DNA of 64,000 nt, from NCBI GenBank assembly GCA_016748015.1, contig JAAOMT010000031.1, positions 248,001-312,000 on the forward strand, written 5' to 3'. Below are positions 42,818 through 55,200 of this stretch, in pieces (within the stretch, counting starts at the first letter, position 1; each line of letters begins with the position of its first letter). A program made the translations under genes and the position numbers. Under the pieces are notes generated by a model, which did no database searches, was not told the DNA's origin, and saw nothing but the letters and a program-made list of their open reading frames with translations. This stretch comes from Geosiphon pyriformis uo1. Its lineage: Eukaryota; Fungi; Glomeromycota.

Positions 42818-44194
42818 CCATTCATTCATATTTGGTGTTTTTTGTTTGGAGCTGGTGTAATAGTTGAACTAGTTTGGAAAAGTCTTTGATAAAGTGGCAG
42901 TAGTAACCTGCAAATCCCAAGAATGCTCATAGTTTGGTCAAATTGATAGGTACTGGAAAGTTCTTAACTATCTCAATTTTGTCTGAATTTGTTTTGATTC
43001 TGTCTTTGCTCATAACATGTCCCAAAAACTTGAGTTCAGTTTTTTCAAAAAAACATTTGGTTGCATTTAATTTTAATCCAGCTCTTCTTAGTTTTTCAAA
43101 TACTTGTTAAAAATAGTGCAATTGATCATCAAATGTCTTGAAAAACATATTGGTGTCATCTGGATATACAACTACCAATTTTTATAGCAGTTCAATATAA
43201 ACAATTTTTATAAGCCATTGAAATATTGCTGGAGCATTCATTAAGCCAAATGGTATTACTTCAAACTCAAAATTTCTTTCTTAAATTGTAAAAGCTGTTT
43301 TTTCTTTATCTTCTGGTTTCATGGCTACTTGCCAGTAATCACTGTTTAAGTCTAAAGTTAAAAACCATTTTTTTCTTTTAAAAGCATTGAAAAGTTCTTA
43401 GATTTTTAAAGTTGGATAGTTATCTCCTTTTGTTATTCCATTAAGTTTTTAGTAAACCACACAAAAATGTATTTTCCCATTCTTCTTATGAATTAATACC
43501 ACTGGTGACAATTATAGACTCATTGATGATTGAATTAATCCATTGTCTAATATCTGATTGATCTTTTGTCAAATGATTTTATGGCTTGCTAGTGATACTC
43601 AGTATGCTTTCTGTTTGATTGACATTGTATCTCCAGTTTTGATCTGATGTTGAATTATGTTGGTTCTGCCAAATTCGTTTTTACTGGCAAAGATGTTGTT
43701 AAAATTGTTAAATAACATCTTAAACTGCATATATTGTAGTGAATCTAGATTTCCCAAATTCATTTGTTCTAATTGTTTTGGTTAGAGCAGATAACATTTT
43801 TCTTATCCATATATTGTTTGTGATGTGATATTCACATATTCACATAGTTGTGGAAAGTTTGGGATGGGGTTTGGTGATTGTTTTTCAACTTCAGTGCTTA
43901 AATATTCAATAGTAGTTCTTTTTGGTATCTCAAGAATATCTTCTGTTGTGTTGTAGATGAGAATTTTGATATGTTTTGGGCTTTTGGCTGGTATGTAAAG
44001 ATTAGTAAGTTCAATCTTCCCTAATTCACACATAGTAGTTTTTGCTTTAAAAATCTGGGCTTGATTTTTTACTCTCTTTTCTATGGCTAACATGTACTGA
44101 TTATATGGTGGAATAAAAATTGATTGATGGTTGAAAATAATTTCTCCCTTGTTAATAACTTTTTCTTCTGTCATATTAACTGATATGTCTATTT

Positions 44195-44590
44195 TACCCA
44201 TGGATTTGAATCCTTATACTCCTCTAGCTGTAATCCTTAATTTTTTCTTGTTTTCTACTAATACTAATTGAGCTATTTTAATCAGAAACAGAAATATTGC
44301 CTATGCTATTTTTTTGTTTGGCTCTATGATATAGGCCTTTTCTAAGTCATTCTGTAGTATTACAATAATATTTTCCACATATCTTATGTCAATTATTTCT
44401 CTTCTGATGTTGATTCTTTTTTTTGCTAAACTATTCCTAAATGCTAATTAAACTATTGTTGTTGCTGAAATCTTCAATGCTATTTTGAGGTCAATACAAA
44501 TGTGTAAATGTGGTTCTAATTTAATGGCATCTTTTCTTGGATATCTCAGATCAAACTTTATATCAGTATTATGTATGCATTTTGACATGA
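44195..44590 (-). pseudogene. dUTPase domain of element A
   Basis: HNTDIKFDLRY, RNSLAKK, IIDIRYVENI, RGV*GFKS. Confidence 0.85.
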
Positions 44591-45259
44591 TACTTTCATT
44601 ATTATCACTGAACCATTTAAGTTTTTGTTCTTTGGTGAGGTCAAAAAGTGTGATATATTGTTCTGAATTTGAATTGGAGTTTAAATTGTTGTCATTTTCA
44701 TTGCCATTTTGAATAGAGCTGGAATTATTATTTTCATTGTCATCATTGTTGGAGTTTGAATTGGAATTGAACAGTAATTTTGATTCCAATATGCAACTGC
44801 TAATTGGTTTTTCTTCCTCTGGAATCATGTAAATCATGTGTGGTGGTGGATTGTAGATGAGGTTACACTTATTACAATATTGGAAGTCACATGGAATCAA
44901 ACAGTAGTTACATAATCAAGTGTTGATTTTTTCCAAGCATTTTTTTTGTTCTTTTTTGTTGGTGCCAAATTCTGGTAATGCTTGTAGAATTCCTTTGGGC
45001 CTGTCTCAATATCTAAAAATACATCTGAATTGGAGATAAAAATAATGTTAACTGGTTCTAGAAGGTTGTTTTTTATCTCCAAAATCTTGTTGGGTAAAGC
45101 ATCTTCTACTTTAGTATTGGTCATTTGTCAGATCTTATTTTTGTCATGTGAATAGCTGTCCAAGCAAGAGATCACTCAGTGCTATGCAGTAGTAATAAGA
45201 GTCTTATAACTCACCCAGTTGTTGATGAAAATTATGTACTGGCACAATGTGTTACACGT

Positions 45260-46272
45260 TGTTACTGGAGGTTTTTGGGTCTTTTTTTTTGAATGTTGTT
45301 GATGTTGATTTGCTGTGAATTCACATTTTCAGAAAGTAGTTGAACCTCCAGTAACTGAATTTATCTTCAAATTATCTCCTATAATTTGAACTGCTGGATT
45401 TATAAGTGGAATGACCAATTCCTTGCCAGTTACTTTATGTAGTTATATTATAGTAAACGTCAACTCTTTCCCAGGAATTGCTTGTCTGGAAGCTTACTAA
45501 AAATGTGTAATTACTTTGCTGTAAAAGTCAACTCTTTTACAGGAATCTCGTCTGTAGACTACCCTAATTATTATAATAAAAAAATAAAAGAAATGTAAAA
45601 AAAATATAAAAGAAATTGAATTCTGTTAAGAGAAACGTTTTCTATTCAGGCCTGGAGTCACTAACAGTTTTACTGAAATTAGTAGCTAATCAATTTCAAA
45701 ATATTAATTGGGTTTTGGGAATTTTCCAAGTGCAATAATTAAAAAATTTGGTTTTTTAAATTATTTGATATTTATTTCTTTTTTTGTGTGTAGAAATGGT
45801 TCTAAGTGATAAATCTAAAGTAAGATATATTTTCTTAAAGAAAAAAGCTCTTCTTTTATACAACTTGTTGTAGTACTAGTCTATAAACTTGCACTTTTTC
45901 TCTTTGCTCAAATTTCGGCAAATTAAAGATGCATTTTGATGAACTACAAGTTATTTCGCTGAACTATTGATTAATTTGGATGAACTATTCATAATTTCGG
46001 CGAATTTCTATAAATTTCGACGAATTTCATATAAATTTTGGCGAATTTCTGTAAATTTCGGCGAATTTTTGAATGTTACAAAGTTCAGAGTATTGTGTAA
46101 TTTGATCATCTTACTTTCTGTTGTACTAATTGGATTATTAATTGAATCGTGATATGTGATAAATTGATTAAATAATAAGTGATAATTTGAATTGATATTA
46201 ACATGTTAATTACTGATAGGAATTATAAGGATAATTTCATGCTAATTAATAGCTAAAATTCTACTGGTAACA
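45260..46272 (-). repeat. 3' LTR of element C
   Basis: Direct repeat of 54219-55200. Confidence 0.95.
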
Positions 46273-46282
46273 TAATCTCTTC

Positions 46283-46960
46283 CTCAAAACTGAGCTCTAT
46301 CAAAGTCCAAGCACTATCTTTAATGTCAAAATAGTGGTCCAAGATGATTAAAGTGATTTGCTCTGAAAATTGTTGAAATTTCAGTTCTGTGAGCTTTCCA
46401 ATGTATTGTATTTTCAATGGTTAAAGTATTGGGCTTTGTAGGACGTTTTCACAAGTATTAAACAAGTCATAGAGTCTAAGAGCTGCTCTAAGTTTGTAGC
46501 GAGTGTTTGTTGATCTAGCTGCTGTCTTGAATTTATTGTGAATTTGTTTTTGTATGATTTCTGGGGTGGTATTTGTTGCTTCAAGTTCTAGTTTTTGTTT
46601 ATAAAGTGTTTTTCCAATGCAAAAATATTTAAATATGAGGGTATGTTCATTGTTCTGTTTATTAAGTAATAGTAGAAGTTTTTGTTATATTGTGGCATTT
46701 GGTAGAATGTCAATAGGGGCAGATAAAAAGTTTTCTTTTAGTGTCTGCTTCAAAAGTTCTGATAACCTATTCTCAAAGTGACTTCTTGTTTTTCTTCTAT
46801 AGGAGTGGTAGTTCTGAGAATTATTTATTACTGGAGCTGTGGTTTCTTTCTGAATGTAATTAATTTGACTTCCATTAATTGTTATAAATAAGTCAGAAAG
46901 TGTTTTTAAGACTAACATTAATTTTTGGGATATTTGTTGAATATTTCGGGGAATAATCAT
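46283..46960 (-). pseudogene. ORF3 (unknown function) of element C, ~225 aa
   Basis: ORF 46685-46960 continues past one stop: FKYFCIGKTL...RAALRLYDLFNTCENVL...YIGKLT..KFQQF, then RAQF* after a frameshift. Confidence 0.75.
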
Positions 46961-47112
46961 GATAAAATTGACTAATTAGTAAAAAGGAAGAATAAAAAAA
47001 AATATTTTTTGGGTCTGGGGTTTTATTTGTTTTTGGGTTTTGGGTGTTTTGTAATTATTTATTATTTTTGTCTTTTGTGTGTTATTAAAGATTATTGTAA
47101 AATTATGTTGAA

Positions 47113-50100
47113 TTAAGTGTTTAAGTTTGGTTGTTGTTCTATTATAATTATTGGTTCTAAATTTCGGGGAATATCTTCAAGATTAATTAAAGAGGAATGT
47201 GTACTAATTTGTGGAATTAATGGTTCAAGATTGTTTCTGGAATAATAGTGTTTCAATCTATCTCCATGTGCAACTTTTGCTAATACTTTGTCATCAAGTC
47301 TTAACTTGTATAATCCATTGCCTAGAATTTCGTGAATATAAAATGGTCCATTCCATTTGTTTTCAAATTTCCCATTCCATTGTTTTTCAGTCTTAGTTCT
47401 GTGTAAGACAACTTTATTTCTTATTTTAAATTTGTTGGTTATGGGTGGTAATTTGTTGTCATGTTTTTCTTTTTGTTGAGCTTGAAAATGTTCAATATGA
47501 GTTGCTGCTATTTTTCTTTTTCCTTCTAGTGTACTAAGAAAAGTGTAGGCCCTTCTTTGGAGTGTTTCTTGCAAGTTTTTTTTATTAATTGGTTGTACAA
47601 GATATGTTTCCACTGTGAAATTAATTGGTAATATTGCTGTCCTTCCATAAGTAAGATCAAATGGTGTGTGTTTTGTAGTATCTTGTTTTAGTGTTCTGTA
47701 TATTAGTAACATTAATGGAATAAAGATATCTCATTCCTGTTCAAAGTCTGTTGAAACTTTGGCTAGAGATTCACACAATGTTCTGTTAAAACGTTCTACA
47801 AATCCATTTGTTTGAGGGTGATAGGATGATAATAGAGGTTTTTTGACATTGAATTGTTTACAAATTTCTTGTATCAAGTTGTTCACAAAATGTGTTCCTT
47901 GATCAGATAAGAGTTCAATTGGGCATTCATGTCTACAGATAATGTCTTCATAGATGAAATTTGCTACTGATTTTGCATTTGCTCTTTGGATGGCTTTAGC
48001 TTTAAGCCATTTGGTAAGATAATCCACTGCAACTACAATATAACAATTTCCTTGGGTTGTGATAAGTAATGGTCCGACTAAATCAATTCCAACTTTGTTA
48101 AAAGGTTGTCCAACTTTGATTGAATTTAAAGGTTCTGTGGGGCGAGTTCCTTCTCTTCTTTGACAACTATTACAAGATTCTACATATTGTCAAATGTCTT
48201 TTTGCATGTGAGGCCAAAAATAATGTTCAAGAGTTCTTTGAATTGTTCTATCTCTTCCCAAGTGTGTTGAAGAAGGATCTGTGTGCATGTTGTATAGAAT
48301 TGTTTCTTTTTCATTTTCCTGTACTAATCTGAGTGGTTGGTTTGGATTTTTATGATTTTTGTAATAAATTTTGTTGTGGTGTATAAAATATTGTTTGGAT
48401 CGGTATTGTAATCAATGTTTTTTACTTGGAGACCAATTTTCTGGCATGGTGAGAGTTTCCAAATAGTTTTTGATGTTGTTGTAGTTTTCTGAATCTATTG
48501 TTGTTGATTTTGTTGTTTGTTCTGCTATTAAGTTTGTTGGTGTTTTGTTGGTGTTGATGTTGGTATTAATATTGTCTCATTCTTGAGAGGCTATCAACAT
48601 TGGTGTGTAGTTTTTCTGGTTTGTGATGTACAATGTATCTGTAGTCTGCTAGGAAGTCATTCCATTGAGACTGTTTGGCACTTTGTTCAGTTTTCTTTTT
48701 ATTAAGCCATTTGAGACCAATATTGTCAGTTATTATGTCAAATTTTTTTCTATTCTTCAGGTATTGTTGAAAGTATTTGAGAGCCCAAATGACTGCAGTG
48801 GGTTCCAATTCAGTTGAGCCATATTTGAGTTCTGTTGGCTTGAGTGTTCTGCTGACATAGGCGATAACTTGTTCCTGGCCATTTTCATTCAATTGTGATA
48901 AGATGACACCAAATGCTATGTGTGAAGCATTAGTGGTTAATTGGAATCGTTTGTTGAAATCTGGGTAAGCAAGAACTGGGGCTGTTGTCAATTTTGTTTT
49001 GAAAGTTTCAAAAGCTTTTTGTTATTCTTCAGTCTATTTGTATGGTACGTTTTTGTTGATAAGATAATTGAGTGGTTTGGCAATTTCTGAGAATCTTTTT
49101 ATAAATTTTTGATAGTAAGAAGATAATCTTACAAATCTTCATAGTTCTGTGGTATTTCTGGGAGTTTAAAAGTTTTTGACAGTACTGATTGTTTTAGGAT
49201 TTGGTTTGATTCCATCTTTGCTAACAATGTGTCCAAGAAAGATTAAGCTTGTTTTTCCAAAGTGATATTTTTCAATGTTTAACTTCAATCCTGCTTTCCG
49301 TAATCATTGAAAAATTTCTTACAGGTAGATAAGATGAGTTTTAAAGCTTGGTGAGTATATATTAGTGTTATCAAAATAGACAACTACTGATTGCCACAAG
49401 AGTCTTTCATATACAACATCCATAAGTCACTGGAATGTTGTTGGTGCATTGTAGAGTCCAAAAGACATAACATTGAACTTATAGTTTCTTTTCTGGGTGG
49501 TAAATGCTGTTTTGGGTCGGTCTTTTGGGTCTATTTTGACTTGCCAGTATTCACTTTCCAAGTTTAAAGTTGAAAAAAACTTGGCTTTTCCTAGCGCATC
49601 TAGCATGTCATTAATTCTTGGAAGAGGGTAGGCATCTTCAATTGTCACACTGTTCAATTGGCAATAGTCAACACAAAATCTGATTTTTCCATTTTTCTTT
49701 TTGACAAAAACTACTGGTAAGACCCAAGAACTTCTTGATGGTTGAATCAATCCATTATTGAGCATTTTCTGGACTTCTTCTCTGATAAATTGGTGGCTGG
49801 CAGGTGGCACTCTGTAAGCTTGCTGATGTTTTGGTGGAGCATCTCCTGTATGGATTTGATGTTGAACCATATCCGTTTTTTCCAGGTTATTGTTGTCTTT
49901 TGCAAATATATTTGCAAATTCAGCTATCAATTGTTTCAATTGTCTTTGTTGTTGAGGTTTTAAGGGACCCATGTTGATTCAAGAGAGTTTTTCTTCCAAA
50001 AAGTGGTAGTTTTTAGTAGTGAGAATGATATTTGGATTTGGAAGTAGAGTGTGCCTTACAATTTCGATGAAATTAGAAACAATTTGAGGGTTTTCATCTT

Positions 50101-53100
50101 GAAAAATATTGCTATGTATGATTCCAATCTCTAGTTTGTTTAATAAGACAATAGGGTAATTATTGGGGTTGTAGAATATAACTCAAAATTTTTTCATTCC
50201 TTTGGGAATATAAACGTTTGAAATTGAAATTTCATGTTTCAAACAGATTTGTTTATTGGATTCAAAGATTTGTTGTGTAGTGGTGGGTTTTGAGCAAGTG
50301 TAAATTTCGTGATGTTCTTCAAAAAGTGAAATGGTAATTAGCTGAGGAAGTTAAAAAATCTGGTGAGATTTATTTTGTGTATTAAGAGTTATGTTTACTG
50401 GAACTGTAAATCGTTCAGTTGAACCAAAACCTTGAGTTCCTCTCAATTGTTCTCTGTTGTTTACTGATTGTAAACCCGAAATGTTGATTAAGGATAAGTA
50501 AATTGCTTGAGCAATTTTTTTAGCATGTTCAATTTTGAATGGTTTGTCTGTCTCATTTTGTAACATAATGGTAATGTCTCTAGTGTATCCTGCATCTATA
50601 ACTCCTCTTCTAATATTGATTCCTTTGCTTACCAATAATGATCTGGAGGCAATTTGAACCATTGCTCCTGGTAGTATTTCAAGAGCAATTTTGAGATTGA
50701 TTTTTGTTAAGAACTTTGGTTGGATAACCAAAGTATCTTTTCCTGAGTATCTTAGGTCATATCCAGCATCAATTTCGTGTGCTTTTTCTGGTCTGATTCC
50801 TTGGCTATGGTTGTCAAAATATTTAAGTTGTAGAGGTGGTTGCTTTTCAAGAAAATAGATGGGGGTGGTTGGTAGTTCTTTTACTAGTTCAAATACTCCA
50901 AATTCGATTTCATTTTTATCATTCTTATCTGACAGAGGAATGCTAAGAGCATAACATTCTAAACACCATTGGTTATCACAAGGCATAATACATTCTTTAC
51001 ACAATTGAATGTTTATTTGCTTTAATTATTGAATTTGAGCTTCTTTGGTCAGATATGTGTAGCTTGTAATTTGGTGATAGGTTTCTACTTTATCTTCATA
51101 ATTAAATCCAGCTAATTCCATGGTATACTCAATATATTCAGCTTTTTTCATTTGGCAAATATCTTTTTGGGTGGCTCCATTGATTAATGCTATTGCTAGG
51201 TCAAAAATCATTTCAGCATCATGAGGATAATAGTAAAGTTTATTGTGAGCACTGTTGTATGCTGCATTAAATAGTGTTCCTCTTCTGACTTTTTCCGAAA
51301 TTGATAGAGCATATTGACAGGTTTGATCACATACTTCTCCTCTCATTGCAACATCAATCCAGTTGTATTCTTCTGGTAACATATCTCCACATGTAAGGCA
51401 AGGTGTATTGTCCTATTTTTCACTTCTTTTTGGAAATCCAAATCGTTCTCTATGGCATGCTTTGCAAAAGTAACAGGTACGAGTTTCATATTCCTTTTCT
51501 GGAAAAATACATGCTCTCATTGATGAAAGTTTTTTGTTGCAATCTTTGCATTTGAGTAGAATATAGGGTGGTTGTTTCCATGGTTCTGGTGTAGAATATC
51601 TAACTTTTTTCCATCCTCTTGATTCTTCAAAAATCTCCTGTTCTGTTTCTTCAGTCCAATTGGATGTTGATTCAAGAGCCATGTAGGTTTCAGTAAGTGG
51701 CATTTCTTTTTTTTCTTCAAATTCAAATACTGGGGCTTTTTCTGATCATTTGTTAAAAAAACCACAAGTAACAGGTACTATAGTGTGTTGTTCTTGGTAT
51801 AAGATTTTTAGTTCTTGAGTTTCCCAATCTAAGTTTGCATTGGTTTTAAGAAGCCAATCATTTCTGACCAGAACTTGGTATTGGGGTGCATCCATAACTA
51901 ACACTTTGACTGGAATGGTGATTCCATCAATGGTGAATAGAAAATTGTTAATTTCTCCTACTGGTGTCTTCTTCATACCATCTGCTATAACAATTACAGT
52001 TTGGGCTGGTCTGTCAACAGTTTTTTGAAGCTGTTGCATTAGTTGGTAAGTAATAATACTTCCAGTTGATCCACTGTCTAGAATTAATCAAATGGGTTTT
52101 TCTTTAACTGTAGCTTCAGTGTATATAGCAGTAATAGCTTTTTGTTTATTAGCTACTGCATTACTAAGCAAGAATGGTAATTCATTTGCTTCAAATTCGA
52201 ATGGGAATATATCTAAGAGGTTGGCGTTTTGAGCAATTTGAGCTGATGGAATGGTATGGTTGGAAGGGTTTGTTCTTGGTACTGCAGCTTTATTTTCAAA
52301 AAGTGCAGTTTGTTAAAAATTCAATTCTTCAGTCATTGTTAAATAACTGGGTTGAGTGTGAAAGTAATTTGGTCTTTGCTGACTGGAATTTTGGAGAACT
52401 AATTAGTTATTTGGGTTGATTCTATTGTTGTTATTCTGAAATTAATTTTGAGGTGTGAATTGGTTATGTTGAACCAATCTTCTGGTTGGTACTTGATATT
52501 GTTGAGTGGGTTGTGTCTGATATTGCTGAATTGGTAAAGGTTGCTGATATTGTTGCTGCATTGATTGTGGAGCTGGTTGATAGTAATTGTTTTGATTTTG
52601 GGGTCTTGGTGAATAATAAGTTGGTGGTAGAGGTTGGTAATAAGATTGTTGTGATGAAAAATAACGTTGATTACTTCTATTTTGTTGGTCTCTTTGCAAT
52701 TTCCTGCAATCTCGTTTCCAATGTCCTGGAATTCCACAATAATGACAATTTTGAAGTTGGTTGTTAGATGGTGATCCAAAGTTGTTTTGATTGCATTGTT
52801 GTGGGCATTGATATCTTTGTGGTTGTTGCTGCTGTTGTTGTTGGTTTGTAAAATAGCTTTCAACTTTTTTTGTGAGTTGGTCTATTTTCTCTTCAGCTGC
52901 TGAGCTGGTTTCTCCAATTGCAAGGTTTACAAGCTTGGTGTGATTTGTTTCTTCCATTGCCATTTCATAGCTTTTTACATGTCTAATGGCAGTTGCTAAG
53001 TCTACTGAAACATGTGGACAGACTTTCTTAATCAGTTTGTCTTTTAATTCTGCTATAAACTGATCTAGAATTTGAGCATTAGAATAATAGTTATTGGTTT

Positions 53101-54180
53101 CTAATTGTCAAATTTGTCTGAAAAGTTTGTTGAATCTTCCAAGATAGGTTATAACAGTTTTAAATGTTTCTTGTTTGATATTGCAAAAGCAATTGCAGAG
53201 AGTGATAGAGGTGTTGTTGTCAGTGAATTGTTGTAAGAAAGCATTTTTGAATGCTTGCCAGTTCTCAAATGGTTCTTCTAAATTTTCAAATCATTCTCCT
53301 GCTGTTCCTTGGAGAAAATAAGGAATTGCTTTGAGCATTTTTGCTGCAATCCAACCATTTACATCCCCTGCTTTTTGAACTTTGTCAAGCCATTCTTGAG
53401 AACTGGTATCATTATTTTTACCTGTGAATTCTGGAATCTTTGCAATGTAAGCAGTTGTCATTTCCTCTTTGTTTTTTGTGGCTTCTCCTTGTTTTGATTC
53501 AGTTTCTTTACTTTCCAAATTTTCTGAATGATCACTTTCATTTTCCTGCAAGTATTCAATAATATTGGTGCTTGTTAATATAGGTTCCTGCTATTGAGTA
53601 GGATTTTTAGGTGACTGAAAATTTTCTGGTCAGAAGAAACAGTTGAATTTGGTGTTTGTGGTTGAGGAAGTAAAATTGGAAATGGTGTAATAGAAAGTGG
53701 TAATTTGATACTGGTTCCTTGTTCAAGTGTTTGCAAGTGTTTGGCAGTTGTCTTTGGTAGTATTAGAGTGTTTGGAGCAGTTTTTGAGTGTTGTTTTACT
53801 TTTTGTTTGTCTTTGTTACTTGTTTCTGTTTCTGATTTAAAGTCAAAAAAGTATTTAGACTGTACTGGGTATTTTTCTTCACAATACTTGATAATGTTGT
53901 AATTGAGTTCTTGAAAGTAGGTGGCAAGTGTCTCACTGTTAAGGTCTTCAGTTCTCAATCGTGAATAGTGTACTAGATTATTGTAGAGGTTGCTTCTCAC
54001 TTTTGAAATGTTGTAATTTCCAAGAAGATAATTGTTAATACGGTTTTCAATGTATTGGTAGAGTGTTTTTTCAACAATTTCAATTCCATCTGGGATGTTG
54101 AATCTCTGCTTGCAATGGGTGTAAATTGACTAATAATACTCTAGAGTTGTTGTGTCTGGTGTGGTCACCACTTTGAAGTT
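47113..54180 (-). pseudogene. gag-pol of element C (Gag-PR-Cys-rich-dUTPase-RT-RH-IN), disrupted
   Basis: CHYCGIPGHWKRDC, ILDSGST, DAGYDLRY/GVIDAGY/RGTQGFGST, RFCVDY..LN, AYPLPRI, VIAYVSR, SDQGTHF, WNGPFYI. Confidence 0.93.
50410..50800 (-). pseudogene. dUTPase domain of element C
   Basis: All five motifs are visible: AGYDL, ASRSL, GVIDAGY, KIAQAI, RGTQGFGST. Confidence 0.93.
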
Positions 54181-54218
54181 TGTTGTTTGCTGTGTTATTT
54201 TTGTGGAAAAGCACCAAA

Positions 54219-55200
54219 TATTACTGGAGGTTTTTGGGTCTCTTTTTTTGAATGTTGTTGATGTTGATTTGCTGTGAATTCACGTTTCCAGGAAGTAGTT
54301 AAACCTCCAGTAACTGAATTTATTTTCAAATTATCTCCTATAATTTGAACTGCTGGGCTTATAAGTGGAATGGCCAATTCCTTGCCAGTTACTTTATGTA
54401 GTTACATTATAGTAAATGTCAACTCTTTTTCAGGAATTGCTTGTCTAGAAGCTCACTAAAAATGTGTAGTTACTTTGCTGTGAAAGTTAACTCTTCTACA
54501 GGAATCTTGTTTATAAGCTACCCTAATTATTATTATAAGAAAATAAAAGAAATGTAAAAGAAATTGAATTTTGTTAAGAGAAACGTTTTCTATCCAGGCC
54601 TGGAGTCACTAACAGTTTTACTGAAATCGGTAGCTAATCAATTTCAAAATGTTAATTGGGTTTTGGGAATTTTTCAAGTGCAATAATTAAAAAATTTGGT
54701 TTTTTAAATTATTTGATATTTATTTTTTTTTTTGTGTGTAAGAATGGTTCTAAGTGATAAATCTAAAGTAAGATACATTTTCTTGAAGAGAAAAGCTCTT
54801 CTTTTATACAACTTGTTGCAGTACTAGTCTATAAACTTGCACTTTTTTTCTTTGCTCAAATTTTGGCAAACTAAAGATACATTTTGATGAACTACAAGTT
54901 ATTTCGCTGAACTATTGATTAATTTGGATGAACTATTCATAATTTCGGCGAATTTCTATAAATTTCGACGAATTTCATATAAATTTCGGCGAATTTTTGA
55001 ATGTTACAAAGTTCAGAGTATTGTGTAATTTAATCATCTTATTTTCTGTTATACTAATTGGGTTATTAATTGAATCATGATATGTGATAAATTGATTAAA
55101 TAATAAGTGATAATTTGAATTGATATTAACATGTTAATTACTGATAGGAATTATAAGAATAATTTCATGCTAATTAATAGCTAAAATTCTACAGGTAACA
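54219..55200 (-). repeat. 5' LTR of element C
   Basis: Direct repeat of 45260-46272, adjacent to the PBS. Confidence 0.95.

Larger units (their letters stand above)
45260..55200 (-). mobile_element. Ty3/Gypsy element C, full length, nested in the Cys-rich region of A
   Basis: LTRs 45260-46272 and 54219-55200. TSD ACGT (45256-59) / ATGT (55201-04). PPT ~46275-46290. PBS TGGTGCTTTTCC ~54204-54216. Confidence 0.95.
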
